A stretch of DNA of 62,925 bases, counting the filler, from Kipferlia bialata (lineage: Eukaryota): the NCBI GenBank assembly GCA_003568945.1. It is 5 parts of 5 records of this genome, joined end to end, with 100 filler letters (N's around TTAATTAATTAA, not from the genome) between each part and the next. Parts side by side here need not be neighbours in the genome. Positions count along the whole stretch, not along the records: positions 27,809 to 41,607 come from BDIP01000895.1; positions 41,708 to 55,497 come from BDIP01000896.1; 3 more parts are not named here. One strand, 5' to 3'. This document shows, one piece after another, positions 28,350 through 42,045 of the stretch. The position numbers and the translations under genes are program-made. The notes under the pieces are model-generated. The model was not told the origin of the DNA. It was given only the letters and a program-made list of their open reading frames with translations, and did no database searches. The stretch's first letter is position 1; the number at the start of each line of letters is the position of its first letter.

Positions 28350-31300
28350 ACTGGGGGAGGACAGTCACCATCTGCTCTAGTCTGGGTATGAGAGAGACTA
28401 TACAAACACACATATATAGAGAGAGAAATAGAAATGTCACTGTGTGCATGAATTATACCTAGGTCTCCTGGGGCACGTGACTGAGTACTGGCCAAAGAGA
28501 CTGTCACTGGGGGCAGACTTCCACGTGCCTGGGGTGATGGGTGAATACAGAAAATACACACATATCCATTATCTACTCAGTGACAGAGACATAGAGATAG
28601 AGCATATACTCACCCTGCTCGATGACTATGTCCCCACAGACCCCGTCCAGCTCCTGGGGGTGAGAGAGAGACATACTGACGAGAGGCTAAATGACACTGA
28701 GACTGAGACTGAGAGCATCTTGAGATTAAGATGATAGAACTATAGGGTACTGGTACTGAGACACACTGATAGAGGTAAATAACATATGTGCTCCATAATG
28801 TAAATGAATATGTACTCCATACCATGTGGTCTCTCCTCCGTGTCAGTATGTGTCCTACTAGTTTGACAAGGGCACCGGCAGCTATGAAGGCTGGAGGTCA
28901 AAAGAGACACATGGAAATAGTATACACTCAGAAGTTAACCATATATATATACATATCTATATATAGGTCTGTATGTAGTCCATTGTACCTGCGCTATGCC
29001 TCTCCTCCTGGTTAAGTGGTGCTCCAGCCACTCTGGTTGTGTTGTGCTTCTTGTAGTAGTCGCAGAACAGAGTGGTCACCTTGGTGGGGACCTGGGTGTA
29101 AAGCAGACGTACACATAACATATTTACTATAGTAATACTAGTGATACACACATATATGTATATACTCCGACAGAACAGGGTGGTTAGCTTGGTGGGGACC
29201 TAGGTGTGAGGGTACCATCCATGTATATAGTGGTAGGTAAAGGATTACTAAGATGTGCTCCACATATCCTCTACATGTATATGTGTATGTGTATATATAT
29301 ATATTACTAATATAAATATATACTCTTACCCTCTCAATGGCCCCCTCTATGTGTGACCCCAGCTTGGACGATGATGCAAAGGGCACGTGACAGGCCAGGG
29401 ACAGCAGGACACGGAAGCAGATGACTGAAGCAGCCTTCTTCTTGGAGATACCTAGGATTGGAGAGATGGGGGGAGAGAGTCTCTAATTATATTCATATGT
29501 GTATGTGAATATCTATCTACATTAGCATTGGTACTCACCTATGCCGTACAAGGGGTGCTCATGACACCTGATGTAGTTCCCGTCCTGGGGGTCGAACCCA
29601 AGCTTGGCCATGATCTGGGTTGAGTTGAGATACATATATACTACACGACATTATACTATATACTGTATACAAAAGAATTATGTCAAATGTGTATGCATAT
29701 ATTCAAAGGACACAAGCTTGGCCATGATCTGGGTTGAGTAGGGATATACTTCATGTCATCATAATATCGAAATACATACTTAGAATAATCTAAGAACTAA
29801 TTACTTCACTTCACTAAAAGTAGTGTTACCTCTGGGTCTAACTCTTATACACATGTTATAGAAATACATTAACACACCTCACAGTCGGACTACGAGGAGT
29901 ATGCAACCTCGAAGCACGATTCATTATATATATATTACATGGAGAGACTATGAACACCCAATTATACTATATACCTCACTGTTTGACTCCGATGAGTATG
30001 CACTCTCACATCCACATCCACTTACATATATATACGTATACATACTGAGACTATGCATATACATCTCATGGATGTATGCTATATGTACCTCACTGTCTGA
30101 CTCTGAGGAGTATGCACTCTCGAAGCACAGCTTGGCAAGATGGCCAAAGGGGTTGGCCGTGCTGGGGTTATAGGGAATATATATATATATATGGATAGCT
30201 CCACTATATATCCGTGCTGGGGTTAGTCTATATTATCTCTACCTCTCACTTTATATACATGGTTATATGGTAACTACAAATGACTACATAAATGTACAGA
30301 TACACAATATGTACCTAGCTATGTTGAGTGACCCATCCCTCCCGTGGTAGGGTATGTCATGCACTGTGGATATATATATATATATATATACCACTCATAT
30401 ATATATCTATATACACTATACACCTAGCTATGTTGAGTGACCCATCCCTCCCGTGGTAGGGTATGTCATGTACAGCCTTGGATCTGATGGTGGGCTCCTG
30501 GTTCAGGACACGCCTGGGTTTAGAAGATGAACACATAGATAATTATAGACACATACACAGATCCAATAGTGTAGAGTTAGCGGAAGAGTAATTTTAATTA
30601 AGTAATTTGTATGGGCTCCTGGTTCAGGACACGCCTGGGGTCAGGTTATACATATGTATCAATATATGTAGAGAGAGACAGTAATATGTGTATAATACAT
30701 GGATGGTGGGCTCCTGGTTCAGAACACGCCTTGGGTTAGATTACTATACTCTTTGATGATGAGCATAGGGTAACAGAGAACACTATATGGCGATACTATA
30801 CAGAAGTAGTACACCAATTAAGTGTACCTTACGAGTGTTGTCAATAGTGTGCGGCTGCTCTGCATGAAGAACAGGGTGTACTTCACTATCCAGTCGTCGA
30901 TGTCCTGAGGTAAGAGACTACACGAATACGTATATACAGTTATATATACGTATACATAGGTGTTGTAGAAGGAGAAAGGCAAGAAAGAGGAATTACACAC
31001 GTAGTATTCCCAACTCACCCCTGTGATGATGGGTATTGGCTGCCCCTCTGTGATGCAGTACAGTGCGTTGTATATCTCCTCTGACACATCCGGTGCCACA
31101 ATGACAGCGGGGGGCTTGGGCACAAACATGTCGGGCATGCCCCTTATATTAGCATTATGAAACAGAATATAGGGTAAGAAAAGCCGAAATAATATTTAGA
31201 GACATTCAAAATTTCGATACAACCATGTCGGGCATGCCCCTGTGTATTAGCTATAATGTAGCTATTATAAGACTATAAATCACTGATAATATATATAGGG

Positions 31301-34300
31301 CTTGGGCACAAACACGTCGGGCATGCCCCTATAGATTAGCTTTAATATAGCTCCAATTAGAGAATTAATCACTGTATATGTATATATGACTTGGGCACAA
31401 ACATGTCCGGCATGCCCCTTATATTAGCATAAATAAGACCACAAATTACTATTTATATGTATTGATCGATATTTAGACTATTACTATCTACTATCTATCT
31501 CTCTCTATATATATATATACAAGAGAATTGTTACATATACACATACCCATGTGCTATGAAGGCGTCGTGTCTGGGCTTGAGGGCCCTGTCAACACCGAAG
31601 CCCCTGACGGTAAGAGTCAGTGATAAATACATATTAGTAACAGAGATACTATACACATATACAACTAGTGTCGGGACTTGACGGCCGTAGCCGCTTGGAT
31701 GTGATAGTGTAATGTATATATACACGTACTGTATATAATATACCTAGGGTGGTCTCTCTTCTGAATGCCAAGGGCACTGTATGTGGAGTGCCTAGCCCCG
31801 TACTTGTCGAACTGGTCCATGTTCGCCTCCTTCTTCACATGGGGGTGGGGGCCCATCGACTGGAAGGCTGGTGTAAAGTACGGTATTTACAATACTTGTG
31901 TAAATGAACCAAATTCTAAGACACGCAAGATATTATTATAGAAACGTACCCATGGGCTCTGGCGAGTACATGTCTGTGTGACCGGGCTGGTAGGACTTGG
32001 TCTCTCTCTGATATCCCTGCAGGTTAGTACTACTTTAACATGGACACAAGCAACAAACAAATGCACATTACAAACCAATACTAATATGCACAATAATACT
32101 AAAAGGAGGGGAATGAGGCTACAGTTTAAAAATTGTAAATAGTGATATATACCTTTGTGGGCTCTGATGTGAACACTGGCTGTGCTTCAGTCATCTCGGT
32201 GTCGCCTGGAGTGAGATACTATCGAATGTAGATATATATGCATATATATATATATATATGTATATATATGAGAGAGAGAGCGACAGTCATCTCGGTGTCG
32301 CCTGGAATATGAGATGAGTATAGATATATAGATATACATAAGTGCATACAAGAGAGAGTGAGAGAGAGACTTCTAACCTGCCTCCGAATGGGTTACTGCT
32401 ATACTGCATATCATGAAGAGTATACGGTATAATATCCTCATATCTGTACACTAATGTATATAGATTACTAACCGGCCAGATTCCCGAATGGACTGTCCGA
32501 GAGTGCCCCTTCCAGAGACAGGGAGTATGCAGTGGATAGGCCTGTGGTTAAGGTATAGTATTAAGACACTTGGATCTATGTATGTGCATGTATATGTGTA
32601 TGGCTGTGCATACACATATACATACACATACATAGACACAAGTATCCAGATATATCCATACATGGTAAACACTTTCATGGTATCTTATTGTATAGACGTG
32701 TACCTGGTGATGTCAATGGCACACCGAACGCTATGTCCGAACTTGGGATACATGGTAATATAATATACACATATAATGTGACAATACTATATATAATACA
32801 CATAATGCAGTGAACCTGGTGATGTCAATGGCACCCCGAACTCAGGGTACCTGAGATACATGGATATACACATTATACATATATGATATATATATATATA
32901 TAAATATAAGTTGTATATGCATTGTAATTTAATATACCTGGTGATGTCAATGGCACCCCGAACTCAGGGTACTTCAATGTGAATACATGATATTTACACT
33001 ATACATATATGAATATAAAAATAATCATATAGAGTAATGTATATACATACCTGGAGATGTCAATGGCACCCCGAACTCTGGGTACTTGAAGGATGACACA
33101 TCCACAGGGACAGGGGGGGAGGGGGGGCGGACGTCCTAACGATAAGAACAGGTTCCAAACAGCTTACAATATAGTTCCATACTAATCATATGATTATATG
33201 ATATATAAATATATTATGATTATATGATTTATATGATAGATAATATATTCATATGATATGCAGGTACCTGGCAGTTGATAGTCTGGTTCATAGAAACAGA
33301 GCATAACTGAAACAATAATAGTATACATGTACTTTTACACATGCACACATGCAGGTACTTGTCTCAGCTGGTAGTCTGGCCCACAGACCATAATCTAAAC
33401 TGTAAACATATGAATATATATATGTATAGTAACATATATATAAAAATAGAGGCGTGTGCAATACCTGTCTCAGCTGGTAGTCTGGCCCACACACCCTGTC
33501 CACCTGACCAAGTACCTCCAGGGCACTCTCTCTCTCCTCCTTGGTGCCTGTGCCAACACCCCTAATGGTAAGCAGGTATAAAGATACTTATATATATGTA
33601 CCATATATTTATACATATACACTGACTCCAAGTGACGTTACCTCTCTGGTAGACGGATTGACAGCATGTTGTAGTTGGGTCCGTGTCTTCCAAGCATGGT
33701 GGAGCGACAGGTGCCTGAAGAGTCAGAACTAAGAAGTCAATATTTCACAATATAGAATATGGATACCTGGTGCTCCCTCCACGTATGATAGACCCTCCCT
33801 ATATAGGGTGGGTAGGTACCCGAGGCACGACGGGAACACCACGGCATAGTCCTTGAAGACAGGGGGGGTGACACTCACAGAGGTGGGGGTCGGGAACTCA
33901 ACCTAGTAAGGTCAGTGACGCCACGAAAGAAGGGTGGGGATTGATACACCCTATGTTGAAATATATAAATATATATCCTCATACACACCTTGTTGTGCCT
34001 AAGGATGTCTCTGTTGAAGCACACTGATAGGCATATGGCATTGGTACCCAGGGACAGGACGGGTGAGAGATAGTATGTGAGACCATTGCCATCCTTCTCG
34101 GACAGGGGGGGGAGGTTCCAGCTGGGAGTCAGTGTATAGGTAAAGATATATACATACAATGTATATATATGAATGTATGAATAGGAATATATGGATATAC
34201 ACTAGATATGTTGCAATCCTTCTCGGACAGGGGGGGGAGGTTCCAGCTGAGGGTGAGTATAGGTTCATATGTACTAACTAATGACTAACATACTAATGAA

Positions 34301-34415
34301 TTAGTATAGAGAGACCTATACATATAGCATACACTCACTTCTTGAGGAATGCCCTTGTGTATGTGCTGTCCGCTGTGCTGATGGACAGAGAGTGCATGGC
34401 CTTGATGCAGCAGGT
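27925..34415 (-). CDS. Large hypothetical protein (~20 exons, both ends uncertain) with a dsRBD-like motif
   Basis: Phase-consistent spliced reading from MHSLSISTADSTYTRAFLKNWNLPPLSEKDG through FQSMGPHPHVKKEANMDQFDKYG, NPFGHLAKLCFE..YGIGISKKKAASVICFRVLLSL, to RLERMVTVLPQFFWYGLDGPQ; continues toward the scaffold edge. Confidence 0.7.
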
Positions 34416-34430
34416 CTAGGGTAAGAGAGG

Positions 34431-34461
<31 letters not shown>

Positions 34462-34572
34462 GTGGAGAGAGATTGTGCATTGCCTTGATACAGCAGGTCT
34501 AGAGTTGTAGCGGGGGGGGGGGGGGGGGGGGGAGGGGAAAAAAAGAGGCACAGACATAGATTGGAGAGAGTT

Positions 34573-37500
34573 ATGGGTCCAATTGGCACGTTTCATGCAC
34601 CTCCCTACCGTATTGGGTTCACGGTCCCCTTCCAAGAGTGCATGGAGGTGAGACAGCTTCTATATAATTGTATTCAGTAGTATATATGTAGTCACCGTAG
34701 TACGGTATACAGGGTATATGTTGTGTTTAGAGTGTATATAGTATGCGTATTTACCAGCAGAGTATCCCTCTTGTCCGTGAGGCTGTGCTGTGGTATGCCG
34801 AGGAGGAGATGCACAGATACAAGTTCGAGTGCAATACCTACGATGGACACGAGAGGTACAGTGTGTTACTGACACTACAGCAGTGTTCCGTTAGTTTGCT
34901 TTGTGTCTCTGTGTTCCATACTATTCCTTCCGTCCCAACTATTATAATATCTGAGTGTTTTGTATCTCCATGTAATAGCACCATTTAGAAAGTGGCACTT
35001 ACACTGGTATATATATGATGTATTGTAATGCAATTATGTCTCTGGTCTCATTATGAACTGAGTACTCATGTAAGGAAAGAAGAGATGAGTGAGGAGGAAC
35101 TACTCTCTCTTGTCTCCAACTACGGTGTGCCCATGACATACCACTCACACCACTCGGGTGAGTGTATGTATAGTAGTGTAAATTATGTACTATATATACA
35201 CTATATACTATATACTGTATATTGTATAGTATATAGACTATATAATATAGTGTATATATAGTGAGACCACTCACACCACTCGGGTGAGTACTACATATAT
35301 ATTCACTACTCACTGAGTGGTGAATATATAGTGTATATAGTATATTGATATATAATGATATTGATATATAGTATAGTGTACATAGTATGTACTACATACA
35401 CCACTCGGGTGAGCAGTGTATATAGTATGTATATAGTGTGTATATAGTGTGTATATAGTGTGTATATAATACATATGTGTGTATATGTAGTACATTCATA
35501 ACTACGATCTGCCCATGTCATATCTCTCACACCACGCGTGTGAGTGTATGTATAGTGTATATTGTATACTAGGTATTATATACTATATCCTATATATAGT
35601 GTATATATAGTGTATATATAGTGTATATATTGTGTGCCCATGACCTATCTCTCACACCACTCGGGTGAGCAGTTCATATTAGTTATAACCCATGGACATA
35701 TGTACAGTATCCAATATATGTGTGAACAGATACTGTGTCACACAGCATATATGTATCTACACAATTCTCACGCAGTCTGTCTCTGCTGCCATTCCAACTA
35801 ATTCTCCTATTAGAACTGAACATCTCTCTCTCTCTCTCTTTGTAGGAGTCTCTTTCTCCCTCTCATATACTTCTACCTCTCACCAATTTGCCATTGATTC
35901 GACAAGTCAGTATTTACATATACATGTTTAATATGTATGGCCTTTACAGTATAGGGAGAGAGGACTTACTGTCAGTCTACATCCACAATCTATGTCACGA
36001 AGATGATACATCAGTGCCTGACAGTGATACTGATACGTCAGTGTCTGACAGTGATTCTGACAGGTTCAGGGCCGTTCCCTGGCAGGTAAAGTCCCGCTAC
36101 AGTATATAGGTCTCTTGTTGCCTCAATTGTATCAGTATCAGTATCACTGTGTGTTGTTACATGATTCGTATCCTTGTCAGTGTAATCATGTGTTCTTACA
36201 ATTGTTGCAGTTTCCGACATATCAAATGTGGGAACTGTTCTAATAGAGGGTGAGAGAATCTATGTAAATAGTGGTTATCATGCCTATCCCCTTGATATAT
36301 ATGATATATAATATATATATAATATATAGCTAACACAGGAGTACGCCGAGGTAGAGGGGCTTGTCAAGGATTCCTCGTGGGTGGAGGTAATGTAATAGAG
36401 TATATTCTGTGTAGTATATAGGTAATGAATAATAGTATATACTCTATAGTACATTGATGCATATACCATATACTATATAGTATAGATATACACTCTGGAG
36501 CTCGTCAAGGATTCCTCGTGGGTGGAGGTAATGATATATAGTATATACAATATTGTAAATATATATACTCTCTACTGGATTGCTACCTACCCATACCTTC
36601 TTCTCTCTCTCTGTCTCTCTCTCTCTGTCCATTCGTATTTTCATCCTATACTTGGTTGGGTGGCAGTGATTCACTACTACTACATCTATTGTATATAGCA
36701 TATATATGTGACACTAGGTTATCCCGCCTAGTTGCACTGCTCTGTTGGGCTATCTCTCACTCTCCCTCTCTACTTCTCTCTCTGCATCTTTATAGGACTA
36801 GTATGGTAACAAGGTTGTACTAATTCATATATATAGTTAATATATAATTAATATATATCTAAATCAAGGTTGTCTTGCCCTGTTACACTGGTGAGAGTGG
36901 AAGGATGCTACAAGGGGAGGTGTTCTTCACGGTGGTGCAGGTATGGGCCATACGTACCCATATATCTTCTTTTCTGTTGATTCATTGACGACGATACACC
37001 ACTGTAAGTACACTATACCCTGTAATACTGCCAGTATGGTGACACAATACGACGCTACTTCAAACCTACTGATGCTCTAGCTAGACCTACTTCTGCGTCT
37101 CAAGACATAGTGACATACGCAATACCTACTGTTGTATGATAACATTTTGGCTCGAGCCTAGTAGTACTGGTCTATAACCCTGAACGACTAATAATACCAG
37201 CTGCTGCCCCCAAAGGGAATGGAATTGATTGAGGAGAGCAGCATGGACACCAGGTCAGTGAGACCAAGTCTTAGTCTAAGATACTATCTGAAATTTAGAG
37301 TCTGAATTACCAATACTGTACTCTTGTGATATTGCACAATGCCTGATATTTTGTCGACGAGAGTGTAGATATAATTGTGAATACATCGTGTGTCATGAAT
37401 AGTCTGACTCCTCCTTGTAAGTGCCCTTAGGCATTATTGTCTCTCTCTCTCTCTCGGTCAGTCTCCTCCTTGTCAGTGCCTTTAGGCAATAGTAAGAGTT

Positions 37501-37863
37501 CACTCCAAGAGATCATCTCTCTCCCTCTCTCCCTCTCTGTCAGTCTCTATCTCTCTCTCTTTCTCTCATCCTAGTGTGGCAGAATACGCAGACAGGGGCC
37601 TCCTGGACTTCAAAGAGATGCTAGGTACACAGTGCATATATTCAGATATGTATATATTTACATATATCCTACATATATGCTAGTGTATATAGTGTGTATT
37701 CTATAGATGTTGCATACTATGCATAATACATATGAATTCTTATGAAAACTAGGTCCATACATGTATACTATATACTATTTACATGTTGTCAGGTACAAGC
37801 AGACCTGACTGGGTATACCATACAGTACAGCCGCCATTCTTCTCACTCGCACAAACTAGATAG
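34573..37863 (+). CDS. Hypothetical protein (~9 exons)
   Basis: MGPIGTFHAPPYRIGFTVPFQECME|QSIPLVREAVLWYAEEEMHRYKFECNTYDGHER|KEEMSEEELLSLVSNYG..|GREDLLSVYIHNLCHEDD..|EYAEVEGLVKDSSWVE|VVLPCYTGESG..|LLPPKGMELIEESSMDT|SVAEYADRGLLDFKEML|GTSRPDWVYHTVQPPFFSLAQTR*; phases are consistent. Confidence 0.6.
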
Positions 37864-39070
37864 CTCAGTATAATCAGTATCCCTTACCCTCACAGAGAGA
37901 GACTCTCCTCCACCGTTGTGATACACTAGTATCCTACTTATATAACAATGCATCCTTCACATATATGGTATTCTCACTCTAAGAGAGGGAAACGCGTCTC
38001 CACTCCTACCTGACTGGTCATGGTCTGCGGCCAGAGAAGACTGGACTAGTCTCTGCCATGCTCACAAGGTCATGGGGTTAATTAGTCATTATGTTACTGG
38101 TAATTATTAGTAATTACAAATATGAATAGAGAGAGAGAGAGAGAGCGAGAAGTCTCTGCCATGCTCACAAGGTGGTGGGGATAATTAGTTATAAACAGAG
38201 AGAGGAGAAGAGCACATTTGGTAATTGGTAAATGAACAGTGAGGGTGAGAGTGCTCACCAGTCTATGGGGGTAATAGCCATGTCACTTTGATACTGATAC
38301 ATGTGTGTTAATAAACATAGAGAGAGAAGGTGATAAGTTCATGGGGTAAGACCCTTACCATAAGAGTACTAAAACCACCAGAGAAGGATCTCTGAGGAAT
38401 AGAATGCAATTATACTCACATTGTCATTGGGAGACTCTTTGGAGATAGCTTAAACCCCAACAAACAAGTTTTCAACATCAACCCTTATCACACAGTGTCA
38501 CACTGATCTGTGTGACCCTCTCTTAGCCTAAATTCTTGCAGTCTATCGTCCGCGTGACAAAGGTAAGCCCTTCCCTAACATTGCTCACTCTTCCCCCAAT
38601 ATGGGCTAGATTGCATTCCTATACACTGCTGTGATAAATGTATTGCTCACGAATTGTCTCTCTCTGTCTCTCTCTCCAATTTCGCTCGCTCCCCCGTATC
38701 TCCCCATATAGTTCTTCATGTATCTCGCCACAGGCTTCTCTCCCAATCTGTCTCTCAACCCCCCACCCCCCCTCTCTCTCACTCTCTCTCTCTCTAGATA
38801 TTCGCCTTCCTTTCTCCTCACCTATCCACTGCTGTACTCATTGATAATACCCAGAAGATATATATATATATGTATTAATATTGGTGAAGCAGACTGGTAC
38901 ACTGAATATACAATGATACCTTGTGGTGTGTGAATGTGTTTACTACTTGGTAATACCCAGAAGATATATATATATGTATATATATACATGGGTGAACTAA
39001 CACTGACTGCACAGTGTTACCTTATAGTATAGAGCACTGGACATATATTTACTAATTGCTCATACCCAGA

Positions 39071-39100
<30 letters not shown>

Positions 39101-39101
<1 letters not shown>

Positions 39102-39820
39102 TGGCTGCAGCAGAGTGGTACACTGACTGCAGAGTGCTGCCCAACATACAATGGGATGGAAACAACAGGGAGAGGGCGGTGTGCATATCACTGGCCAACA
39201 TAGGTAAGAATGAATGCCATTCATTAAATGGTACAATTATTATGTATTAGGATAGTAAATGGATACCAGGTAACAACACAGCCATGCTGACATGCCATCT
39301 GTCAGGGGGTGACAGTATATGTATACATATGGATATGTATAGTACACACTGTGTACTTATACTGTATGTCCCACCTTAGGTCATAACACTACCATGATTA
39401 CATTATATATTCTACACGCTGTATACATATACTGTGTACCTCACCTTAGGCCATAACACTGCCATGGTTACATACCACTTGACAGGGGATGACATGTCTC
39501 AGAGGTGGATGGTACTGACACTCAATGATGAGAAGAGTATCGATACTCAGAGCATCTCAGGTATGTATAGGTATATATGCATATATATATATATATATAT
39601 ATATATTAGTATATTTATATATATGTATATGATATATTGAAGGGAGATCGAACTATAACTACTCAGAACATCCCAGGCAATCATATACTGGATATAGTGC
39701 GGGTACTATATGTATGCCTCTTAGTAGGAGACAATGACATTTACCCCTTCACGCTCTCTCTCTTTCTCTCTCTCCATACTAGGCCCTCCCAATCCAGAGG
39801 GTGTCATCGGCATGACTCAT

Positions 39821-39858
<38 letters not shown>

Positions 39859-41423
39859 TCTCTCTAAATATATATATTGAATCTAATCTTAGGCCCTTCC
39901 AATCCAGATGGTGTGTTCGGCATGAGTCTCTGTGTGTGTGTGTGTCTCTGTCTATCTCTCTCTCTCCTTACAGTATCTAATNNNNNNTGTGTGTGTGTGT
40001 CTCTGTCTATCTCTCTCTCTCCTTACAGTATCTAATATCAGGGCCTCCCAATCCAGGGGGTGTCTTCGGCATGTCTCCCTTTCTCTCTCTCTCTCTCTCC
40101 CACTCTATAAATATATATACAATTATAAATATTGGATCTAACCATAGGTCCCTCTAATCCAGAGGGCGTCTTCGGCATGTCTCTCACCAGGGTGGGGGAG
40201 GTGGTTGTAGCATATGGGGGCAATGCAATGAAGGGAACCAATGCTACATTCCAGTATGCATGGTTCATGGCAGTGTACTCAATCGACACTGCAGAGTGGA
40301 AGGCACTGCCATATATTGAGGGTGTTTGCCCCCAACCGCGTAAGTTTCCAATCACTTTTGCCGTTGGTGACTGTCTAGTGGTGACTGGGGGGTGGAGCAA
40401 GAAGAAGAGGACGAAGCAGGTTGGTATCGTTCCACACACACATATATATATATACATACATGTGTGTGTGTGTAAGTATAGAGGATCTTGTGGTGACATG
40501 GGGGGTGGGGCAAGAAAAGGAGGATAATACAGGTGACCTGTTCACAGATCCATATGTACATATGCATATATGTATATATAGATAGATAGAGAGAGAGGTA
40601 TGGAAGAAGAGGACTATACAGGTACACCTCTGAATACATATTTGTATGTACATCTCTTTGCATATATATATGTGTGTGTGTATTTGTTCACTACTATATA
40701 TACTGTAGGTTATGGTATACATGTTCACTCTCCTAACACCTAGGACACCTGTGAGTGGTCTCCGGAGACTCCATGGACTGTTTTGTATATTTTAGTATAT
40801 TGAATGTCCTCTCCTAGATACTAACTACCTAGGACACGTGGGAGTGGTCCCTTGATACAAGGGAGTGGACACAACGGGGGGACACTCCACTGTGTCCAAC
40901 AGCGGCAGGTATGGTCGTATACCTATATGCTGATGCCTAAGAGCTACCCACGGCACCTTCCACCACAGCTACTGTATATCTTCTATACTATAGTGTATGT
41001 ATAGTTATGCATATATGTAGGTAGTAACACACAGGTGTCACTCACGGTACATCCCACCACATCGACCTCGGTACCAAGCACATTGTATACAGCACTGGAG
41101 AGTGGCTTATGGAGTCCATACATACTAGCCCATGTGCACCTGGTGTGTTAGACATTCCCCTATACGGTGAGTATCGGCTATCGGCAAGGTTGGAGAAGGT
41201 TGAGGGGATGGGTAAGGCGGTACACGTGCCGTTTCTACGCGATAACGTCTCCCTGGAGTGTGTGCCACTGTCTCCCCTGCCTCTGAAGTACCATAAGTAC
41301 AGGCACTTGGAGAGGTCTAAGAGTGTCATGCTTAATCCTAGTACTATGCTGGTGGTGGGCAATGATATCACGTTGCTAGTGGAGATCAATAGCCAATATC
41401 TGGGACCTGCAGTGGATTGTTAG
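39101..41423 (+). CDS. Kelch-type beta-propeller protein (5 coding exons, probable 5'-UTR intron)
   Basis: MSLTRVGEVVVAYGG..FMAVYSIDTAEWKAL..PQPRKFPITFAVGDCLVVTGGW..DTWEWSLDTREWTQ: Kelch GG/Y/W pattern; paralogous to 54070-55140. Confidence 0.8.
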
Positions 41424-41607
41424 GGGAGCAGACTGGAATAGACTCGCTTAGTTTAGGGCGATATCAGAACCCGCTCATCTCTAGCATGCTGCATAACAGT
41501 ATATAGACTTAGACCCAGGTGTTGTCAGAGAGAGAAAGGTATATATCTGTTTAGAGAGAGAGAGACGATTTATTGGAGTGGACCCTTTTGCCAAAAAGGC
41601 AGAGTCC

Positions 41608-41707
41608 NNNNNNNNNNNNNNNNNNNNNNNNNNNNNNNNNNNNNNNNNNNNTTAATTAATTAANNNNNNNNNNNNNNNNNNNNNNNNNNNNNNNNNNNNN
41701 NNNNNNN
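41608..41707. other. Artificial scaffold spacer
   Basis: N44-TTAATTAATTAA-N44. Confidence 0.98.
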
Positions 41708-41895
41708 ATCCCCCCCATCCCCCCCCCACCCCCCCCCCCCCCCCCCCCGCCTTCTCTCAATACATAGCCCTTACCCCTAGTGCGCCGTCGCCATGTTCCA
41801 TTCACATTGTCTCTCTCTCTCTCTATATATATATGTATACTCCTAACCATCAGTGCGTCGTAGCCCCCTAGGTTGTCTCCATGCCAGTCACATAG

Positions 41896-41937
<42 letters not shown>

Positions 41938-41991
41938 AATACATATAGTCCTAACTTTCAGTGAGAAGGAACCATGCCCCAGGTTCCATTC

Positions 41992-42026
<35 letters not shown>

Positions 42027-42045
42027 ATGTGTATCTTACCCTCAG

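Noticed and set aside
37980..38480. Possible small minus-strand spliced gene
   Set aside because: Splice-like sites are present but I could not build a phase-consistent open frame.
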